Shown here: positions 56,781-64,000 of the stretch, piece after piece
Layout: the number at the start of each line of letters is the position of its first letter
Numbering within the stretch: position 1 is the first letter of the stretch
Origin: the human T2T-CHM13v2.0 reference genome, Homo sapiens
DNA: 64,000 nucleotides
Reading direction: 5' to 3' (one strand)
NCBI RefSeq assembly: GCF_009914755.1
Contig: NC_060933.1
The notes under the pieces: generated by a model
Databases searched by the model: none
What the model was told of the DNA's origin: nothing
The model's input: only the letters and a program-made list of their open reading frames with translations
Position numbers and translations under genes: made by a program

Positions 56781-59700
56781 TTTTTTTCATTAATGTTTTC
56801 TAGGTTTTTAATGTACAGATCTTTCACTTCTTTGGTTAAATTTATTCCTAAGTACCTTATCCTTTTTTACTTTATTGTAAATAAGATTATTTTCTTAATT
56901 TCTTACTTTGGATATTTGTTGTTAGTGTATAAAAATGTACCTAGTTTTTAAATATTAATTTTGTGTCCTGCAATTTTATTGAATTTATTTATAGGTTCTG
57001 AGAGTTGTGGGGATCTGTCTATGTATATAGTTTTTAGGATTTTATATATATAAAATAATGTCATCTGCAGACAGATAATTTTACTGATTCTTTTCCAATT
57101 TTGATGACTTTTATTTCTTTTTCTTGCCTAATTGCTCTGTCTAGGACTTTCAGTACTTTGTTGAATAAAAGTGATAAGTGAAGGCATCCTTGCCTTTTTC
57201 CTGATTTTAGAGAAAAGCTTTCAGTATTTCATCATTGAGTATAATGTTAGCTGTGAAAAATTCATATGTGGCCTTTATTATGTTGACTAAATTCTTTTAT
57301 ACCTAGTTTGTTAAAAGTTTTTAATCATGAGTGTTGAATTTTGTCCAATGCTTTTCCTGCATCCACTGAAATGATCATGTAATCTTTTCTTTCACTTCTT
57401 AATTTAGTGTATCACATTAATTGACTTGCATATATTGGACTATCCTTGCATGACAGGCATAAATCCCACTTGGTCCTGGCGTGTAACTGATTCTTTTAAC
57501 ATGCTGTTAAATTTTGTTTGCTAGTATTTTGTTGAGGAATTTTGCATATATGTTCATTAGGGATATTGGCCTCTATTTTTCTTCTTTTTTTTTTAGCATC
57601 TGATCTGGATTCAGTATCGGGTAATGCTGACCTTAAAAAGTCAGGTTGAAAGTGTTCCTTTTTCTTCAATGTTTTGAAGGAATTTACGAAGGATTGGTGT
57701 TAAATCTTTCAAGTTTTTGATATAATTCACCAATGAAGCCCTCTTGTCCTAGGCTTCCCTTTTTTGGAAGTTTTTGATTACTGATTTAATTTTATTACTT
57801 ATTTGTCTGTTCAGATTTTCTATCAGATCTCAATGGCATTTTTTATAAATGAAAAAATAAATTTAGAATTTTTATGAAATAGAAGCAACCTAGGTGACCA
57901 TCATCAGATGAGTGGATAAAGAAAATATTTATTTTCTTTATCTATATGGTATATACACAGTGGAATACTATCCATCTTTCAAATTAGGGGAAATCCTGTC
58001 ACTTGTGACAACATGGATAAACCTGGAGGACATTATGTTAAGTGAAACAAAACAGGCACAAAAAGATAAATACCAAATGATGTTATTTATATGTGAAATC
58101 TATAAAAGTTGAACTCATAGATGTAGAGAGTAGAATGGTGGTTATAAGAGGCAGAGGGAGGGGAGTGGATGAAGAAAGGTGAGATGCTGATCAAAGCATA
58201 CAAAGTTTCAGCTAGAGAGGAGGAATAAGCTCTAGCACTCTATTGCATAGAAGGTTAACTGTAATATATAATAATGCATTATATATTTCAGATTGCTAAA
58301 AGAGTAGATTTTGTGTGTTTTCACCACAAAAAATAAGTATAGGACATCATAAGCTTGTCAATTAGCATGATTTAATCATTCTGCATTGTAAGCATATATC
58401 AAAACATCACATTGTATCCCACAAATATATAATTACTATTTATCAATTAAAAATAAAATTTAAACAATCATATGGAACCAAAAAAGACTATGAATAGCCA
58501 AGGCAATTCTGAGAGAAAACAAAGTTGGAAACATCACACTTCCTGATTTCAAAATATATTATAAAGCTACAGTAATTAAAAGAGTAAAACACTGCCCTAA
58601 AAACAGATACAGTGACCAATAGAACAGAATAGAAAGTAAGAAATATACTCACACATATAACACCAGATGCTCTTTGACAAAGTGTCAAGAACACAATGGA
58701 GAAAGGGTAGTTTTTCAACAAATGGTGTTGAAAATACTGGATATCCAGATGCAAAAAGGTAAATTTGGGCCTTTATCATATGTGATACTCAAAAACCTAC
58801 ACGAAGTGAATTAAACACTTAAAGGCAAAATCTGAAACTGTAAAATTTCTGTAAGAAAACTAAGGTAAAGCTTAATGACATTGAATTTGGCAATGATTTC
58901 TTGGCTATGACACCAAAAACACAGGCAAGAAAAGCAATAAAGGAGAAGAGGGATTACTTCAAACTGAATAGCTTCTGCACAATGAAGAAAACAATCAACA
59001 GAGTGAAAAAACAACCTGTGGAACTGGATAAAATATTTTTACAGCATATATTTGATATAGGGTTACTCTCCAAAATACATAAGGAACTACTACAACTCAA
59101 AAGCAAAAACAAATAAACATGCAAATAACCCAATTTCAAAATGGGCAAATGATTTCAATAGACGTGTCTCTAAAGAAGACTTACAAATGGCCAAATGGTA
59201 TGTAAGAAGAGACTCAACATGGCAAATCATCAAGAAAATGCATAGGTAAACCACAATGAGACACCACCTTACTCCTGGTAGAACGGCTATAATCAAAAAG
59301 ATGAAATAAATCTTGGTAAGCATGTGTACAAATTGGAACCTTTTTACACTGTCAGTGGGAATGTAAAATGTGCTGCCATTATGGAAAATAGTATGAAGGA
59401 TTTTCATAAAATTTAAGAAATAATTACTATATGATCTAGCAATCGCACTCCTGGGTATATATGCAAAAGAATAGCAATCAGGATCTTGAATGGATAGCTG
59501 CATTCCCATGTTCATTACATCAGTATTCACAACAACCAAGATATAGAAACAACCTGAGTATCCATTGATGGATGAATGCATAAAAAACTGTGTTATATAC
59601 ATACAATGGAATACTATCCAGCTTTAAAAAAGAAGGTAATCCTGCCATTTGTAACTACATGGATGAACCTAGTGGGCATTATGATAAGTGAATAATCACA

Positions 59701-59990
59701 GAAGACAAATACTGCATGATCTCACGTATATGAGTTATCCAAAATATGCAAACTTACAGAAACAGAGGATACACTAATTGTTGCCAAGGGATGAGGAGAG
59801 GTGGAAATAGGGAGTTGCTCTTCCACAGGTATGTAGTTTTAGTTATACAAGACGAGTAAATTCTAGAGATTTGCAGTAAACGTTGGGCTTATAGTTAACA
59901 AAATTATATTTTGCACTTAAAAGTTTGTCAAGAGGATAGATTTCATGCAGTGTGTTCTTACGACAATTTAAAAACAAAACTAAAAGAAAA
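56781..59990 (+). mobile_element. L1MA/MB element with inverted 5' segment (56781-57825 antisense; 57826-59990 sense)
   Basis: Strand switch at ~57825. Degenerate TSD candidate aaatttaaaagctaat / aaaatgaaagttaat. Confidence 0.85.
57880..58465 (+). mobile_element. L1MA 3' end nested in the preceding L1
   Basis: Complete 3'UTR ending tatcaattaaaaataaaa; the host resumes at catatggaacc. Confidence 0.85.
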
Positions 59991-60578
59991 TAAAATGGTT
60001 CTGTACATGTCATCCACATTAAGAAAATAAAATTTCCTCTCAAAATGAAATAAAATGAAAGTTAATGCTATATAACTCTTAGGAAAAAAATTAAAAGTAA
60101 ATTTTTATGACTGGATTACATAATGTCCCTAGATATGGCACCAAAAGCTCAAGCAACAAAGAAAAATAGATGAACTGGACCTTATCAAAACTAAAAATAT
60201 TTGTGCTTCAAAAGACATCATCAAGGAAGTGCAATGTTAACTCACTGAATGGAAGAAAATATCTGCAAATTATATGTCAGATAAGACACTTGTATCCAAA
60301 ATATATCAAGAATTCTTACAACTCAAGATAAAAAACTCTAATCACCCTATTAAAATATGGGGAAATATTTGAATAGACATTTCTCCAAAGAGGATATATA
60401 AAAGGTCAATAAGCACAAGAAAACATGTTCATTATTTTTAAAGAAACGCAAATCCAAACTGTAATGTTATATCAACTTCATACCACTAGGATGGATACAA
60501 TATTTAAATTTTAAAAAAAACATAGATGGTGACAGATACTGGCAAGCGTATGGAAAAATTGGAACCCTCATACAAAGA

Positions 60579-60979
60579 TGGCAGTGATTAGTGTATCCTC
60601 TGTTTCTGTAAGTTTGTATATTTTGGATAACTCATATATGTGAGATCATGCAGTATTTGTCCTCTGTGATTAGATTATTCACTTATCATAATGCCCACCA
60701 GTTTCATCCATGTAGTTACAAATGGCAGGATTACCTTCTTTTTTAAAGCTGGATAGTATTCCATAGTATGTATATAACACAGTTTTTATGCATTCATCCA
60801 TCAATGGATACTTAGGTTGTTTCTATATCTTGGCTGTCGTGAATACTGATGTAATGAACATGGGAATGCAGCTATTCTTTCCAGATCCTGATTGCAATTC
60901 TTTTGCATATATACCCAGGAGCACGATTGCTGGATCATATAGTAATTATTTCATAAATTTTATGAAAATCCTTCATACT
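60579..60979 (-). repeat. Inverted local copy of 59390-59786
   Basis: About 20 substitutions and 2 small indels over ~396 aligned bp by manual count. ORFs 59090-59602(-) and 60788-61162(+) share MHSSINGY..GCFYIL..VVNTDVMNMGMQL. Confidence 0.97.
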
Positions 60980-60981
60980 TG

Positions 60982-61088
60982 GTGTCTAAACACCAAGAAG
61001 AGTTCAGCTGGGCTGGTTGGAGAGGAGATCACCCCCTGGACTGCCAAACTCCAAACACCAGGGGAAGATCATCTTCCTACTACATCCC
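60982..61088 (+). repeat. Direct local copy of an internal MER50 LTR segment (61429-61527)
   Basis: gaagagttcagctggg..ggagaggagatcaccccctggactgcca..ggggaagatcatcttcc is present in both. Confidence 0.93.
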
Positions 61089-61167
61089 TTGCTAAGGGAT
61101 GTAAATTGTTCAGTCACCTTGGAAAACTGTTTTGCAGTTGCTCAAACTATCAGACATGTTAACTTTT

Positions 61168-61964
61168 TGATACAGACAGGAGACAGGGAAATACTGGGTA
61201 AAGAGCGTGGTTCCCTGTAAAGGCCCCACACTCAAGCCTGGAAACCTGCAGCCCTAAGCGGGAAAAGGCATTCTTGTTTTCCCACCCAAAAGTTGCCTTT
61301 TGGCCCACCATGCCCCTCTATCCTGTACCCATGTAAACCCCAGACCCCAGGCTCCAGAAGCAGATGAGGAAGAGATGAACGGAAGAGCAGAGGAATGGCA
61401 GAACAGCATGGAAGAGGGAAATGAAGGAGTGTCTGAACACAAAGAAGAGTTCAGCTGGGGTGTTTGGAGAGGAGATCACCCCCTGGACTGCCAGACTCCA
61501 GGGGAAGATCATCTTCCCACTCCATCCTCTTTCCTGCTCCTCATCCATCCTGCTGAGAGCCACCTCCACCACTCAGTAAAACCCTCACATTCATCCTTCA
61601 AGTTCATGTGGACCTTATTTTTCCTGGATGCTGGACAAGAGCTTAGGATACATAAAGAATGCTTTCATACTGGCCCTCTGCTCTTGTGAAAAGGCAGAGG
61701 GTCCACTGAGCTGTCTAACACTTAAGCTGTCTACAGATGACAAAGCTAAAGGAGCACACTGTAACATGTGCCCACTTGGGTTTGGGAGTCACATACTCCC
61801 ATCCCTGGATGCTGCTGTGGGGTCAGAGCCCAGGGAAACTTGCCCTGGCTCCTGAACCTGCCTGTCTGCGTGTTCTCCATCGTTTCAGGGGTTTGAGCAT
61901 GCATGGCAATCGAACAAGACGAGGCACACCCCTGCAAGGGGAATCAGGGAAGTCTCTCGTTTCA
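61168..61964 (+). mobile_element. MER50-like ERV1 solo LTR
   Basis: tgatacagacaggagacagggaaatactgggt ... tcagggaagtctctcgtttca; no clear TSD. Confidence 0.9.
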
Positions 61965-64000
61965 TTAAGACTTGCAATTCCACTACTAGGTATAAGAGGA
62001 TGAAACATATGTCCACACAAATACTTCATATCAATGTTTATAGTGGCATTATTTATAATAACCAAAAAGTGGAAACAATTCAAATGTACTTCAAATAAGG
62101 AATGGATAAACACAATGTAGTATAAGCATACTAAGGCCTATTATTTGGTAACAGAAAAGAGACTTAGTGATACAAACTACAATGTGGATGAACCTTGAAA
62201 ACGTTATCCGAAGTGAAAGAAGTCACACATAAAAGGCCACATATTGTATGATTCTATTGACATGAAACGTCCAAGTGACACAAATCCCTAGGGATGGAAT
62301 GTAGATTATTGGTTTTCAGGAAACTGTTGCAAAAGAAAGGTGGAATAACTGCTATTTGGCAGGAGGTTTCATTTTTAGGTGTTGAAATTTCTTAGAATTT
62401 TTAGTAGTAAAAGTTGCATAACTCTGTGAATTTACTAAAAACACTGAATTGAATAAAGAGATAAATTTTATGGCCTGTTAAATATATTTCAACGCAGCTG
62501 TTAAAAAGTTAGGAAAAATTACTCAAAGGAAATTAAGAAAGCTCTCTTTCACCCCAGGAGCATTTCTACAGTTCCAGACATGCAATTTCTGCTTTAAACA
62601 TCTGCTAGTAAAGTATTTGAATACTTGAAGTTCAAAAGGTCAATTCCACAGCTATATAAAGGCAGAAACAGCTGGAAATAGATGTCTTCAATTTTATTGA
62701 AAAGGTAATGTTAATTGGTATTGCAAATATTTGAATCAGAGAAAATTGTAACAAATCAACTAGTTAACTGTGTAAAATATATTGCTACCTCCATAATGTA
62801 AGAAGATTTTTAAATATATAATTTCTATTATCTGATGTAATTTTTCTATTTACATTTAATTTTGAGGTTTAAAATAAGAAGTGAACAATTGCAAATTTAC
62901 AATCAAGCAAATAAAAGTTTTCCTTTATTTGTGCCACAAAACTTAGCTTTTATTATTAAAGATTTCCATGCTTTTTAATAGGAAACATCCTACAATGTTG
63001 TTTTTATTTACAGCCTTATATAAATATAAAACAAACAATGGAGATATAAAGATACCCATTTTGGTAGAAGCAAAACAAAACCCACATTTTTTAATAAAAT
63101 GAAAGAACAGATATCTGTACTGTTCATTCATACTACAGTCTCATTCATTCTAAAATTTTATGAAAAATACATCTGTAACCTCTTTTGATTCAGAAAAACA
63201 GAATTCATTTGCCTAAGTTGAATGTGTGGTTTCCTCAGAGCCTCCACTATACCATAATAAAAGAATAATGAAGAAAATATTGCTATCCTAAAAACTGAGC
63301 TCACTTCCTTCTTTTGGGGTTGATCGTGGACAGCAGCATTTTAATATTCTAAAATTTGCTATGAAAGAAACCATTTTCCAGGCTTAATGGGCATACATTT
63401 TGAATATCAGCTAATATTCTCAGCAAGGAAGAGCAATTGGCGAATTTGTGGCTTATACTTCTGCTTATGTTTTTATACAAAGAACTAATACTAGTTTATT
63501 GGCCTTTATGCCCTGATCACAGGTATTAGCATATGAAAGTGGTGAATAATCTTGACTTCCTGATGTGGAATACAACTGGTGAAATTCAAACCTACTTGTG
63601 AAATTCAAGAACTGTTTCACAGATCAATCACCAGTAATGGCCTGTGCATGTGCAACCTGTTACTTAAAGACCGTGCCTGCAGTTGAAAATGTAAGCAGAG
63701 GATTTATGAATTTTTCTGCTACTTTTCTTACTGTAGACTTGAGCTGTTCTCCTGGACTCAATTATGGTATGTGCTGAATAGTTAATACTCTAATATACCA
63801 CCAAACACAGTCTAGATACTTACAGCCCCATAAAACGTAATGCTTCAAAAACCAATGACATAATTGATTTCCTGACTTTATACTGACTTCATTCTCTAAA
63901 TTTTGGGGATTCATATACAATCTGATGATCTTTTGCATCTGTTTTGCAGACTTAACTAGAATTAGGTTTCAGAGAATTCGGCAATGTGACTAAATTTTGG

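Overview
AT-rich primate (human-like) non-coding genomic DNA. About two thirds is transposon-derived: a THE1 MaLR provirus, MLT1/MER4/MER50 solo LTRs, many nested L1 copies (L1ME to L1PA), eight Alus plus one Alu monomer, MIR/L2 and hAT DNA-transposon remnants, and microsatellites. I can support no host protein-coding gene, RNA gene or CRISPR array; the long ORFs are retroelement remnants or chance. I found no new multi-gene system. The most unusual signals are fossils of local template-switch copying. (1) A ~510-bp two-part templated insertion at 60.58-61.09 kb combines an inverted ~95%-identical copy of upstream L1 sequence with a direct copy of part of the downstream MER50 LTR. (2) A ~600-bp palindrome at 42.56-43.16 kb is formed by an inverted ~92%-identical MIR duplicate around a TA-rich microsatellite. 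Also notable are a chimeric THE1B/THE1C LTR, two twin-priming-type L1 inversions, a motif-dense candidate enhancer at 8.85-9.9 kb and an adjacent candidate minus-strand 122-nt exon. Subfamily names come from my recall of consensus sequences and identities were counted by eye; both need RepeatMasker/Dfam and alignment confirmation.
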